Shown: positions 52,563 to 62,379, numbered from the stretch's first letter. The stretch: 64,000 nt of DNA from Muribaculaceae bacterium (GCA_017935045.1 JAGBIJ010000022.1:1820-65819), one strand, 5' to 3'. The notes: a model not told the origin generated them from the letters alone. Numbers and translations are program-made.

Positions 52563-52787
52563 AATGATGTGAATGTTGTGCGAATATACGTAAAATGCAG
52601 GTCTTCGCCCGGTTGACAGCGAGACCGGCTAAAAAACATCGGCAAAGTTATGTTAAAAGAATGAGGTATTGAGATGCTGAACGTTAAAATAAGTAAAATT
52701 GAAATGAATAGAACCAAAACGGGTATCGGCAGAGGGTAAAGCAGTGGTAATTTTGTTGCGTTAATCTAAAAATAGTGTATTACGAAC

Positions 52788-53039
52788 ATGGAAAAAGTGT
52801 TTTCGCGCCTGATGATGGCGGCTCTCCTGCTGCTGGTAATGCAGACGGCTTCCGGCTGTCTGAAAAAGCCCGCAGACTCCGGCGACAGCGCGACTGAGGT
52901 TAGCCGGCACGTGGACTTGCTCAACGAGGCAAAGAAAGAGATGGGCGATATGGTTATGGTATCCGACATTCAGTCGATTTCGGACAACGAGTTTACCGTC
53001 AACGACGGAGAAAGCGATATTATCTACAGGCGCAAGTAA
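52788..53039 (+). CDS. Small putative lipoprotein
   Basis: MEKVFSRLMMAALLLLVMQTASGC; TAATTTTG promoter element upstream. Confidence 0.6.
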   Translation: MEKVFSRLMMAALLLLVMQTASGCLKKPADSGDSATEVSRHVDLLNEAKKEMGDMVMVSDIQSISDNEFTVNDGESDIIYRRK

Positions 53040-53121
53040 TCTGGTGCGTCTATAATCAGTTGACAGTCGGATTTTTCCGCCAGCCGTTTTGCATCTTTTC
53101 GGGCGGAGCCGGCTGTCTTTT

Positions 53122-54609
53122 TTAATACCTGTGCGAACTATTCAGGCGCATCTGTCGGGCTCTGTCGTCGACAATGGAAGTACTCCAGTTGCCGTCCTGA
53201 CAGAGACTGTCTGTACGCAGCCGTCCGTCTTCCAGCCGGTAGTATATTTTCGTGTATATGCCTCCGACGCGTTTGTAAGCTCTGACTTTATGCGGATATT
53301 CCTCCGCCGTATGGTCTTTGTCGTACCTTTCTATCGTCCTTGCCGCTAAGTCCATCAGGTCGTCTTTGTAAGGGGATTTTTCGTCGATGGTCTGGGCGAG
53401 CCATTTGCTGACATCCTGGCGGGCGAGCCATTTCCAGTGACCTACTTCGGCCAGCTCCATCGAACGCGTCGTAGTCATGGTGTCCAGCAGGGCGAGTTGT
53501 CCGGCGAAGCGGCGTGCGGCCGCTTGCGTGGCGTATTTGTAGACCTGTTGTTCGAAAGGTTCCGCATCTGCGGAGAGCTGTGTGTCGGCACCGGCGGCAT
53601 CGTCGTCGGAGAGGGCGGGCAGGGGCTGGCCGGTATCTGCAGGCACGGGCAAGGGTGGCAGCATGAAAGCTGTGTCGGGGGATAACGGGAGGGTGGACGC
53701 GGTGTCGGCTGTGGCTATTGCCGGCAGCCGGGCCTGTGTGAGGGTATGGGGCGCCGCTATGTCGGCCGGCCGGGGATACGTCAGGTAAAAGATGGTCCCG
53801 ATGGCTGCCAGCGCGCATAATGCCAGCATGCAGCGGCGCAGAGCGCGTCGGCGCCGATCGTAGCGGTCAATCAGATGCGTGACTTCACGTACGTTGGTGG
53901 GGCGGTCGGATGGGGAGAGGGCATGGCAGCGGAGCCCTGCGCGCCGCAGCGGGCGATCGGAGCTGAGGGTCAGTTCCTTCATAATCAGTCCGAGAGCGTA
54001 GATGTCAGTCCGGCTGTCGACGCGAGCGTCAGGGTCAAACTGCTCCGGCGCCCCGTATCGGCGCGTGCCGCCGGGATACTTGAAGTCTACGTACGCGGAG
54101 CCGTCGCTGAGGCCGAAGTCTATGATTTTGACGTATCGGCATCCCGCCGTGACTATGATATTGGAGGGTTTGAGGTCGCGGTGTACTATCTGTCGGGCAT
54201 GGATGTAGCCCAATGCGTCGGCGAGTTGTCTGACTACGTCGCGGGCAAGCGCCGGAGGCATGGGAGGGTTGTCGGCCAGCCACTGCTTCAGTGTCACTCC
54301 TTCGACATACTCCATGACTATGGCGTCGCCTATGCCGTCGATGTCGCGTGCGAACAGGTAGGTGGCGACTATGCCGGGGTGTGACATGTCGCGTCCGATG
54401 ATGTATTCCTTGTAAAGCAGGTCACGGTGGGGCGCGGAGTCTGCAAATTCTGCCTTGAGGGTTTTCAGTATTACCTTGCGTCCGAAGAGACGGGCCAGGA
54501 AGATGCGGCAGAAACCTTTGCCGGATTCATGAAGCAGACTGATGTCTGTAAAGCGGCTCTGGCGCTGCTCGGCTCCGGATATGCTGAAGAATGAGTAGTC
54601 AGAGTCCAT
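53122..54609 (-). CDS. Membrane-anchored Hanks-type Ser/Thr protein kinase
   Basis: VILKTL, IVHRDLKPSN, DFG, GTRRYGAPE and DIYALG; TM CMLALCALAAIGTIFYL; Pro-rich linker and ectodomain; start taken at ATG 54609. Confidence 0.92.
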   Translation of the reverse strand: MDSDYSFFSISGAEQRQSRFTDISLLHESGKGFCRIFLARLFGRKVILKTLKAEFADSAPHRDLLYKEYIIGRDMSHPGIVATYLFARDIDGIGDAIVMEYVEGVTLKQWLADNPPMPPALARDVVRQLADALGYIHARQIVHRDLKPSNIIVTAGCRYVKIIDFGLSDGSAYVDFKYPGGTRRYGAPEQFDPDARVDSRTDIYALGLIMKELTLSSDRPLRRAGLRCHALSPSDRPTNVREVTHLIDRYDRRRRALRRCMLALCALAAIGTIFYLTYPRPADIAAPHTLTQARLPAIATADTASTLPLSPDTAFMLPPLPVPADTGQPLPALSDDDAAGADTQLSADAEPFEQQVYKYATQAAARRFAGQLALLDTMTTTRSMELAEVGHWKWLARQDVSKWLAQTIDEKSPYKDDLMDLAARTIERYDKDHTAEEYPHKVRAYKRVGGIYTKIYYRLEDGRLRTDSLCQDGNWSTSIVDDRARQMRLNSSHRY

Positions 54610-54621
54610 GGCAAATGGTAA

Positions 54622-54779
54622 GAGGCTGTTTAACAACAAATGCGAATTATGGGGCGGCGGATTTTTCAGGCGGAATCCGGTTAAGTCGATGGAGCATAGC
54701 GGGCTATGCGACTGAGGCAAAGGGCACAATCCAAGTTGCGCTTTCGACCCCATATTCACATTTGTTTTTAAACAGCCTC
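54622..54779. mobile_element. 158-bp MITE with ~33-bp imperfect terminal inverted repeats and TAA target duplication
   Basis: TAA|GAGGCTGTTTAACAACAAATGCGAATTATGGGG...CCCCATATTCACATTTGTTTTTAAACAGCCTC|TAA; internal GCATAGC-GG-GCTATGC hairpin; no transposase. Confidence 0.8.
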
Positions 54780-54843
54780 TAATTACGAAAAAAGAGCACT
54801 GAGTAGCCTAAGCTAACTGCAATGCTCTTTCCTCTCTCCTCGG

Positions 54844-54917
54844 CGGTGCGGACGGGACTCGAACCCGCGACCCCAGGCGTGACAGGCCTGTATTCTAACC
54901 GGCTGAACTACCGCACC
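54844..54917 (-). tRNA. tRNA-Asp(GTC)
   Basis: Reverse complement GGTGCGGTAGTTCAGCCGGTTAGAATACAGGCCTGTCACGCCTGGGGTCGCGGGTTCGAGTCCCGTCCGCACCG; CCA not encoded. Confidence 0.97.
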
Positions 54918-55249
54918 ATTGTTTTGTTTTATCGCTCCTCTATCGGAGTGGCTTGCGGGAGGAGTTGAGTTGTTTCCCGTTTGCGAGTGCAAAGTTACGA
55001 CCTTTTTCTGAAACAGCCAAATTTTTTTGTGAAAAAATTCAAGATAATTTTAATTAGGCTGATTATCAGAGATATACAAGTGTAATTTTTTAGAGGCAGT
55101 GTGGCCGGATTCGGCTTGTCGACCGGCCGGAATTGCGCGGTCGCTTTTTTTGAGGCTCTCTTATTTGACGGAATGGTCGTCAGGGGGTGGTTAATGCGCC
55201 CTGAACCAAGGGGTGTCGGCCTTTGTTGGAAAGAAAAGAAGCGTCATCG

Positions 55250-56590
55250 ATGACTAAAATTTCAGACATATCGGCCACCGTACTCACGAGAATCGGGAGA
55301 TGGTTGGCCAGACGTCTGCCGGCGCGTGGCGCGGTAGCTGTGGCACTATTGCTTACGGGACTGTGTGCCGGATTGGGAGCATGGGCGCTGAAGAATCTGA
55401 TACGCTTGCTGTCTCTTGCGCTTACGGAGCATCTGGCGGAAGATAGCTTTAATTGGATACTGTTTGTGGCTCCGGCGGCAGGTATTGTCCTGACCGGCTT
55501 GTTGACGCGCCATATCTTCAGGCGCCGGCTGGCGCATGGTACGGAGCGAATGATGGCGGATCTGAGAAGCCGCAGCTACGGGCTGGCGTTGCCGCTGGTA
55601 TATCAGCCGTTGCTGGCATGCTCGCTGACTATAGGGTCCGGTGGCTCGGCCGGGTCGGAGGGGCCTATAGCTTACGCCGGAGGAGCGATGGGAAGCAATA
55701 TAGGCGGGATGCTGGGGTTGCGTGGGCCGGCGTTGCGTATGATGGTAATATGCGGCGCGGCCGCCGGGATAGCGGCTATATTCAAGGCTCCGTTGGGGGG
55801 CTTCTTTTTCGCGGTTGAGATTATGGGTGCCTCATTGACGGTAATGCAGATGTTCGGACTGATGTCGGTCTGCATTGTCGCCGGCGGTACGGCTTTCGCG
55901 CTTTCGGGGTTCACGCTTGATGTTGTCTGGGCCGATGCCACGCAGGGATTCGCGTGGGGACACTGGTGGATACTGATACCTCTGGGAGTGGCAGTAGGGT
56001 TGTATTCGCTCTGGTATCGCGGGAGCGCGGGGGCGACGCGGCGGATGCTGGGACGGGTAAGGCATGATTGGGTCCGCAATCTGTGTGCGGGGGCTATGCT
56101 CGGATTGTGTGTCATGGTTTTTCCCGCTTTGTTCGGCGAGGGTTACGGATGTGTGGAGCATGTGCTTGCCGGAGACCTGGACAGCGTACGCAGCTTCAGC
56201 CAGCTCCACCGGCTCATAAGCGAGCCGTGGGTGCTGCCTCTGGTTTTAGGCGGGATATTGCTTGTGAAGGGGATGGTTGTGCAGCTTACAGACAGCGGAG
56301 GCGGTGTGGGCGGAACTTTTGCGCCGACATTGTTTGCAGGATGTATGGCCGGAGCGCTGGTAAGCAGCGTGCTTGTGCCGGCCGGGTGGCCGCTGCCGGC
56401 GGCTCAGACGGCATATCTGTGTATGGCAGGGGCGATGGCCGGGATTACCGGGGCTCCGTTTATGGCTATCTTCATCACGATGGAGATAACCGGCAGTCCG
56501 CTGATGCTCGTGCCGCTTGCTGTCGTGGCGTTGAGTTCGTTTGCTACCGTGAAGCTTGCGCGGCGTCTGTGGCGGCGTCATGGCGCATAA
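55250..56590 (+). CDS. ClC family chloride channel/antiporter (no CBS domains)
   Basis: GSAGSEGP, GAAAGIAAIFKAPLGG and GGVGGTFAPTLF; start uncertain (55223 or 55250). Confidence 0.9.
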   Translation: MTKISDISATVLTRIGRWLARRLPARGAVAVALLLTGLCAGLGAWALKNLIRLLSLALTEHLAEDSFNWILFVAPAAGIVLTGLLTRHIFRRRLAHGTERMMADLRSRSYGLALPLVYQPLLACSLTIGSGGSAGSEGPIAYAGGAMGSNIGGMLGLRGPALRMMVICGAAAGIAAIFKAPLGGFFFAVEIMGASLTVMQMFGLMSVCIVAGGTAFALSGFTLDVVWADATQGFAWGHWWILIPLGVAVGLYSLWYRGSAGATRRMLGRVRHDWVRNLCAGAMLGLCVMVFPALFGEGYGCVEHVLAGDLDSVRSFSQLHRLISEPWVLPLVLGGILLVKGMVVQLTDSGGGVGGTFAPTLFAGCMAGALVSSVLVPAGWPLPAAQTAYLCMAGAMAGITGAPFMAIFITMEITGSPLMLVPLAVVALSSFATVKLARRLWRRHGA

Positions 56591-56656
56591 ACAGTCAGTC
56601 CCCTCCACGACTGATGTCGTGAAGGGGTATGGAGATGAAAGATGGTCAATGTCTGA

Positions 56657-57007
56657 TTATTTCGCCGGAGCTTGCTGAGCCGGAGCCTGCTGGGCGGGAA
56701 CCTGAGCCGCAGTGGCGGCGCCGGTGCCGGGGGCTGCCTGCTGGGCGGCGGGAACCTTCACTGAGGAGGTCGTGGTGGCTGTGCCGGACTTCAGGACGAA
56801 GGAGCAGCAGATGCTGAGCAGGCAGATAACTATGGCGAGAGACCAGGTTGCTTTCTCGATGAAGTCAGTGGTCTTGCGATAGCCCATGAACTGATTGCCG
56901 CTGGCATAGTTTGAGGCCAGGCCGCCGCCTTTGGATTTTTGAATCAGTACTGCGCCGACAAGCAGGATGGCGGCGATGACGATGATTATAGCCAAAAATA
57001 CGTACAT
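56657..57007 (-). CDS. secG: Preprotein translocase subunit SecG
   Basis: VLIQKSKGGGL...TDFIEKATW, two TMs. Confidence 0.93.
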   Translation of the reverse strand: MYVFLAIIIVIAAILLVGAVLIQKSKGGGLASNYASGNQFMGYRKTTDFIEKATWSLAIVICLLSICCSFVLKSGTATTTSSVKVPAAQQAAPGTGAATAAQVPAQQAPAQQAPAK

Positions 57008-57012
57008 TTGTC

Positions 57013-57732
57013 TTATTTGTTGTTTTCGTTAATAATCAGTTTTCGGAGAAATCGGATTTGGTCTGCAAAGTAAATACTTTTTTCCGGATTTTTCAAGCTA
57101 AGCTCGGAAATAATTTTCAGAGCGCGTGAATAATTGCCGTTTTTTATCATTACGCGGGCGAGACTCTCGGTCAGTGATGTGCTTTCCGGTTCCGGTGCGG
57201 GTTGCGGAGTCTGAACGGGTGTTTCTGGCAAATTGACGGGTTGCGGCGGCATATCCTTGCTATTTGTCTTTTGTGCCGGAGCCGGCTGCTGTGGTCCGGC
57301 GGGGCGAGAGCGGGAGATAAACGAGTTGATAAGCCTGTCGTGTTCGCTCAAGGCCGGATCGTCAAGCTCACTGGTACCGGGGGCAGAGGCTTTCTCTTCG
57401 GCGGCAAGGACGGCGCCGTAGTCGGGCGTCGGGCTGAATATCATGCGGGTAAGGGCTTCGGACTCGCGCCGGTCTATTTTTCCGAAAGTATGGAGGAAAG
57501 TGTCGATGGTGTCTTCGGTAGAGGGGGTCTCTGCGGGTTCGGTGGCATAGAAATTGTCGAATGTCGGAACCCTGTCTCCCAGCACATATTCGGCAGTGCG
57601 GCGGTCAGGCATGGCTATGGCTACGGAGTCGGCAAGCGTGTGGAGCGTGGCGGCGTCCAATGAAGCGCCATCGCGCAGTGCGCGTAATGCCGGCGTAATG
57701 TCGTAAGGGTGTGGAGAGTTGTCTGTATTCAT
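57013..57732 (-). CDS. Conserved hypothetical protein with a C-terminal TPR-like motif
   Basis: TESLARVMIKNGNYSRALKII..L.LKNPEKSIYFADQIRFL; typical position between lptE and secG. Confidence 0.75.
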   Translation of the reverse strand: MNTDNSPHPYDITPALRALRDGASLDAATLHTLADSVAIAMPDRRTAEYVLGDRVPTFDNFYATEPAETPSTEDTIDTFLHTFGKIDRRESEALTRMIFSPTPDYGAVLAAEEKASAPGTSELDDPALSEHDRLINSFISRSRPAGPQQPAPAQKTNSKDMPPQPVNLPETPVQTPQPAPEPESTSLTESLARVMIKNGNYSRALKIISELSLKNPEKSIYFADQIRFLRKLIINENNK

Positions 57733-57733
57733 A

Positions 57734-58279
57734 TTACCAGTTTCCGAGAGTAGCGTTGAAAATAAGGTCTACCAGCTCCTCGGAAATCTGGCGGCACAGC
57801 TCGTCCTGGACGTCTGTCAGCATCTCCGTGGCGGGGAAATCGCGGTAAGCCGAGAAGGTCTGGTCAATATTGTTGTTCTCGTTTTTGCGGTCGGTGTACT
57901 TGACGCGCACCGTGATGGTAAGCCGGGTCTGGGTGGCGTAGGCGTCTTCGCCGACGGCCTGCGGCGAGAGTGAGTAGCCCGTGATTTCGCCTGTCATCTC
58001 CAGGTCGGCCCCGGTGCCGGATATTTCCTGCAGACGGGTCTGGCGCGCCACAGCATCAAGCAACTCGTTCTCAAAGGTCTGTTGCAGAGGTGGATAGACC
58101 AGAGCCGCGCGTATGGGAAACTCGCCTATATGTATGGTCTTGTATATGTCGTAGTTCAGCATGGAGCCGTTCATGGTGAAGCCTATGTGGCACGCGCTGA
58201 ACAGTGGCGCGACGGCTGCCAGAATCATGGCTACGCAGATGTTGCGGAACAGATGGGTGCGGAATATCTTCATGCGCAT
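57734..58279 (-). CDS. lptE: LptE family lipoprotein
   Basis: Lipobox FSAC; GEITGY, RLTITVRVKY and LVDLIFNAT..NW. Confidence 0.82.
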   Translation of the reverse strand: MRMKIFRTHLFRNICVAMILAAVAPLFSACHIGFTMNGSMLNYDIYKTIHIGEFPIRAALVYPPLQQTFENELLDAVARQTRLQEISGTGADLEMTGEITGYSLSPQAVGEDAYATQTRLTITVRVKYTDRKNENNNIDQTFSAYRDFPATEMLTDVQDELCRQISEELVDLIFNATLGNW

Positions 58280-58284
58280 TGGGT

Positions 58285-59493
58285 TCAGTCGAGTCCGTAT
58301 TCCTTGATTTTGCGATATAGCGTGCGTTCGGATATGTTTAGCTCCCGTGCGGCTTTTTTGCGCACGCCGTCGCAGCGCTCAAGCGCGTTGGCGATGGTCT
58401 GGCGCTCCGATTCCTCGAGCGAAACGGTAGGCTCGGGGGAGACGGGGCGGTAGGGGGTAAACATCTCGTCGCTGTTGTAATGGATGAGCGGATGTCTGTT
58501 GGGCAGCCGGCTGTCGGATTCTGCCGGGGATGCCTCTATGTCGGCCACAGGCGCCTGGCTGTCGAGCCGGCTCTCCAGGGCGCGCAACTCGGCGCGCAGC
58601 GACATGACGGTGTGCCACAGCATCTCGCGTTCTGATTCGTAGGTGGGGGAGGCGGGCCGGGGCGCGAGAGAAGTGTCTGTATTCTGGCGCGGCAGCAGAT
58701 TGCCCAGTGTGGCGGCGTCTACCTCTTGTCCGGCATTGAAGAGCGCGGCCTGCTCAACTACGTTCTTGAGTTGCCGGACGTTGCCGGGCCAGCGGTATAG
58801 CATCATCAGGCGGCGCGCATCGTCGGTAAAGGTAATGCCGGGCGTCATATAGCGTTCCGCGAAATCGGCGGCAAACTTGCGGGCCAGCAGCAGGATGTCA
58901 TCGCCGCGGTCATGGAGATTGGGTACCTGAATCTGCACGGTGGAGAGGCGGTAGTACAGGTCTTCGCGGAATTTGCCGTCGGCGACCGCCTTTACCAGAT
59001 CGACATTGGTGGCAGCCACTACGCGCACGTTGGCGCGCTGTACTTGCGATGAGCCGACCTTCAGAAATTCTCCTGTCTCCAGCACACGCAGCAGCCTCGC
59101 CTGGGTGGTAAGCGGCAATTCGGCTACTTCGTCGAGGAAGATAGTGCCTCCGTCAGCCTCTTCGAAGTATCCCTTGCGTGTGGCCACGGCGCCGGTAAAG
59201 GCTCCTTTTTCGTGGCCGAACAGCTCGGAGTCGATAGTTCCCTCCGGTATTGCGCCGCAGTTTACGGCTATGTATCTGGCGTGCTTGCGTGCGCCATAGT
59301 TGTGGATGATTTTAGGGAAAAACTCCTTGCCTGAGCCGCTTTCGCCGCTTACCAGGACACTAAGGTCGATGGGCGCGACCTTTATGGCCCGCTCTATGGC
59401 TTCGATAAGCGCGCTGGAGTTGCCGATGATGGAGAACCGCTGTTTTACGCGGGTCACTTCCGGTGATATGTCGGGTGTAGCGGTAATTGACAT
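58285..59493 (-). CDS. Sigma-54-interacting AAA+ transcriptional regulator (Fis HTH)
   Basis: GESGSGKE, ELFGHEKGAFTGA, FLDEV, WPGNVRQL and ISERTLYRK. Confidence 0.95.
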   Translation of the reverse strand: MSITATPDISPEVTRVKQRFSIIGNSSALIEAIERAIKVAPIDLSVLVSGESGSGKEFFPKIIHNYGARKHARYIAVNCGAIPEGTIDSELFGHEKGAFTGAVATRKGYFEEADGGTIFLDEVAELPLTTQARLLRVLETGEFLKVGSSQVQRANVRVVAATNVDLVKAVADGKFREDLYYRLSTVQIQVPNLHDRGDDILLLARKFAADFAERYMTPGITFTDDARRLMMLYRWPGNVRQLKNVVEQAALFNAGQEVDAATLGNLLPRQNTDTSLAPRPASPTYESEREMLWHTVMSLRAELRALESRLDSQAPVADIEASPAESDSRLPNRHPLIHYNSDEMFTPYRPVSPEPTVSLEESERQTIANALERCDGVRKKAARELNISERTLYRKIKEYGLD

Positions 59494-60377
59494 TATTTAC
59501 GATATTTTTCACGCAGGCCGTAGGTGCTGTCGCGCAGCATACGCGAAAACTCGGCCAGGTCGGCGCACTCTTTCTGGCGTTCGGGAGTGATGGGGTCGCC
59601 TATGGATATGTGCATCTTCTTGCCTTTGCGCCTGAAGACTTCGGCGGGGAGCCGCAGTGTACGGATCTTCCAGCTTATGATGCCCAGTATGTTGAAGAAA
59701 GTGCTGTTGTGGCCGTGGAAGAATATGGGTACGACCGGCACGTTGAGCTGCTGGATGAGACGCATGATGGAGGGTTGCCACTCGCGGTCGTAGATATGCA
59801 GGTCGCGGTGGAGCTTGCTTACGGCTCCGGCCGGGAAAAAGCCTATGGGGTGGCCCTGCTTTACGCGGGTCATGGCTTCGCGTATGCCCTGCATGGTGGT
59901 GCGCCGCTTCTCGGCATCGTCGCTGGCCGAGGGGTCTACGGCTATGAAGCTGGGGCGCATGGCGGTAATGTGGTTCAGAAACATGTTGACCATGACCTTG
60001 AAGTCAGGGCGCACGCTGCCTACGAGGTCGAGCAGGACTATGCCGTCGAGCGCGCCGAAAGGATGATTGCTCACTGTGATGAAGGCTCCTCCGTTGCGAA
60101 AGGCTTCAAGAGCGTGCAGATTGTCGACTTCAAGACGTAGCTTGAATTCATCGTCGACGAGAGCCTGGGAGAACGGTATGCCGGGCGAGCCGCAATGCCG
60201 GGAGTGGACATCGTTCACTTTGTCTATCGAGAGGAAGCGCAGCACGGCGTTGACCAGTTTGCGGTGTCCCTGCAGGGCGGGTATCCAACGAGAGACGTCA
60301 TCGTAGTTGACGACTTCGGGACGTATGTCATATCTGATGGCGTCAGTCTGTTCTTCTTTATTTACCTCGCGTGTCAT
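59493..60377 (-). CDS. Lysophospholipid acyltransferase family protein
   Basis: SNHPFGALDG (HX4D) and FFPAGAVS motifs. Confidence 0.88.
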   Translation of the reverse strand: MTREVNKEEQTDAIRYDIRPEVVNYDDVSRWIPALQGHRKLVNAVLRFLSIDKVNDVHSRHCGSPGIPFSQALVDDEFKLRLEVDNLHALEAFRNGGAFITVSNHPFGALDGIVLLDLVGSVRPDFKVMVNMFLNHITAMRPSFIAVDPSASDDAEKRRTTMQGIREAMTRVKQGHPIGFFPAGAVSKLHRDLHIYDREWQPSIMRLIQQLNVPVVPIFFHGHNSTFFNILGIISWKIRTLRLPAEVFRRKGKKMHISIGDPITPERQKECADLAEFSRMLRDSTYGLREKYRK

Positions 60378-60434
60378 AGATGTAATGTAGTGTCAGGTGT
60401 GATTTACCTGTATGGATGGAAATGTCTGGTGTGT

Positions 60435-61199
60435 CTACACTTTCGGGACAAGTGTCCATGTTATGGTGCCTTTGGCCAGGGGGGCGCCGGTCTTAGGAGT
60501 CCATCGTGTGTTAAGAGATGCGCGGCGGCATTTCTCCTTGAGATCGGGCGGGGCGGAGCCGGGTTGGGCGGTGGCGCTTTCCACAGTGCCGTCGGCGCGT
60601 ACCATGACGGTAATCCGTATTACGGTACGCTGCGTCAGGCTTACGGACGGCAGGGTCCAGGACTCGAGTTTCCGTCCGTTGCCCATAGTTCCGGAGACAC
60701 CCGTGCCGGCGCCTCCGGCGCCCGACACAGCCGTGGTGCCGCGTCCGTCGCGGCGACCGTTGGTGGAAGAGAACTGCCCTTTCATGGCAGACGTTATGGC
60801 CTGATCCGGTTCATCTTTTTTAGACGGCGTCGTGGTCTTTGCCGGGTTGGGGCGGGTAACGCTTGTCAGTTTCTCCGTAGAGGGGTTTTTCTCGGGATTG
60901 TCGCCGTTGACGACGAGTCTGTCGTTTTCTACAGGCGCCTGCTTCGGTTCGCCTTGCGGAAGGGGGGCGCTGGATTCGTCAGTGGCCTCCGACGGTTCGC
61001 CGGCATCCTGCAATATAGGTTCTATGAACTTGTCTTCTGGGTCTTCAGCCTTGATGTCGGCCATGGTAAGCTCTTTGGCAGGGCTGGCTTTGCGCTCCGG
61101 CAGTGACAGACGGGTGCCTGTCAGGAGAATGAGCAGCAGTAGCGCCACTATGACAGTGACGCTCAACGCTATGTTCTGTCCGGTGTCGGGTCTTCTCAT
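60435..61199 (-). CDS. TonB/TolA-like energy transducer
   Basis: N-terminal TM, Pro/charged linker, Gly-rich segment and C-terminal ITVMVRADGTVESA...GTITW; follows exbD. Confidence 0.78.
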   Translation of the reverse strand: MRRPDTGQNIALSVTVIVALLLLILLTGTRLSLPERKASPAKELTMADIKAEDPEDKFIEPILQDAGEPSEATDESSAPLPQGEPKQAPVENDRLVVNGDNPEKNPSTEKLTSVTRPNPAKTTTPSKKDEPDQAITSAMKGQFSSTNGRRDGRGTTAVSGAGGAGTGVSGTMGNGRKLESWTLPSVSLTQRTVIRITVMVRADGTVESATAQPGSAPPDLKEKCRRASLNTRWTPKTGAPLAKGTITWTLVPKV

Positions 61200-61221
61200 C
61201 CTTGTCGGGTGTTACTGTATT

Positions 61222-61665
61222 TCAGGGCACCGCCACTGCTGAAGGATGAGTGGCGAGTACCATTTTTATATCATTGCGCGCGGCGATGTCCAGGACTTTG
61301 ACTACCGAAGCGTAAGGCACGGTGCTGTCGGCATACAGCGCTACGGACTGCAGCTCGCCTTGCTGCTTGAGCAGCAGCAGCCGGGCCTGCAGCTCCTCGC
61401 CGCTCACAGCCTTAGGCATGCGGGCCTCCGCTATGGAGTCGGTGCGGTTAGCCACGATATACATGCGGCTCAGCGAATCCAGATAAACCTCGGTCGCGGG
61501 CTTCTCCAAAGTCTGTTCTGTGCTTTGAGGCAGATTTACATCCAATGCCGAAGGGATAATCAGCGTGGACGTTACCATGAAGAAGATGAGCAACAGGAAT
61601 ATCACGTCGGCCATGGACGACATGGAGAAAGCCGCTAAGGGGGAGAATTGCTGTTTGAGTGCCAC
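61222..61665 (-). CDS. exbD: Biopolymer transporter ExbD
   Basis: SMADVIFLLLIFFMVTS...VNLP. Confidence 0.92.
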   Translation of the reverse strand: MALKQQFSPLAAFSMSSMADVIFLLLIFFMVTSTLIIPSALDVNLPQSTEQTLEKPATEVYLDSLSRMYIVANRTDSIAEARMPKAVSGEELQARLLLLKQQGELQSVALYADSTVPYASVVKVLDIAARNDIKMVLATHPSAVAVP

Positions 61666-61734
61666 GTAATCAGTCTGTTTGTGCGGTATATGTATGCCTC
61701 TTGCCGGGGCTGCCGCGTTATAATAGGTAATATG

Positions 61735-62379
61735 TTACTGCGCCGGTTCGTTGAGCATGTCCATGAATTCCATGGTCTTGCTCTCCAGGTCGGTCATCAC
61801 TTTGCCCAGGCGGGCTACCAGATAGTTGTAGGCGAACAGGGCGACGATGCCCACGATAAGGCCGGCAACCGTTGTTACCAGAGCCAGCGAGATGCCCCCG
61901 CTAAGCGTCGTGATATCGCTGGCGGTACCGGCGGCGCTCATCTGAAAGAACGCGTCCATCATGCCTACCACCGTACCCAGAAATCCGAGCATCGGGGCGC
62001 CGGCGGCAGTGGTGGACAGCCATGTCAGCCCCTTGCCCAGACGGCTTACCTCGATGTTGCCCGTATTCTCTACAGCCATCAGCACATCAGCCATAGGGCG
62101 CCCTATGCGGCTTATGCCTTTCTGCACCAGGCGTGCCGCCGGAGTGTCGGTCTTGCGGCACATACGGTCGGCATTCTCGATGTCGCCCTCCATGACACAG
62201 TCGCGTATGCGCTTCATAAAAGATTTGTCGTCGCGCATGGCACGCGCTATGGCCCAGCATCGCTCTGTGAATATATAGATGCAGAGCAACAGCAGGATAG
62301 CCAGAGGTATCATAATATAGCCGCCGTCGAGCACAAGGCTCCAGAGGGTAGGCTGGGTTGGGGCTGCGGTAAGTAACAT
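61735..62379 (-). CDS. exbB: MotA/TolQ/ExbB proton channel protein
   Basis: APMLGFLGTVVGM and GISLALVTTVAGLIV. Confidence 0.9.
   Translation of the reverse strand: MLLTAAPTQPTLWSLVLDGGYIMIPLAILLLLCIYIFTERCWAIARAMRDDKSFMKRIRDCVMEGDIENADRMCRKTDTPAARLVQKGISRIGRPMADVLMAVENTGNIEVSRLGKGLTWLSTTAAGAPMLGFLGTVVGMMDAFFQMSAAGTASDITTLSGGISLALVTTVAGLIVGIVALFAYNYLVARLGKVMTDLESKTMEFMDMLNEPAQ

Noticed and set aside
52631-52658. dif-like site (TTATGTTAAAA resembles the XerD arm)
   Set aside because: There is no XerC arm, and the adjacent bases are better explained as the reverse-strand TAACTTTG promoter of the lipoprotein gene.
54610-54759. N-terminal 50 aa of the 545-aa kinase ORF in the track
   Set aside because: Almost entirely within the MITE; treated as incidental read-through, with the native start at ATG 54609.
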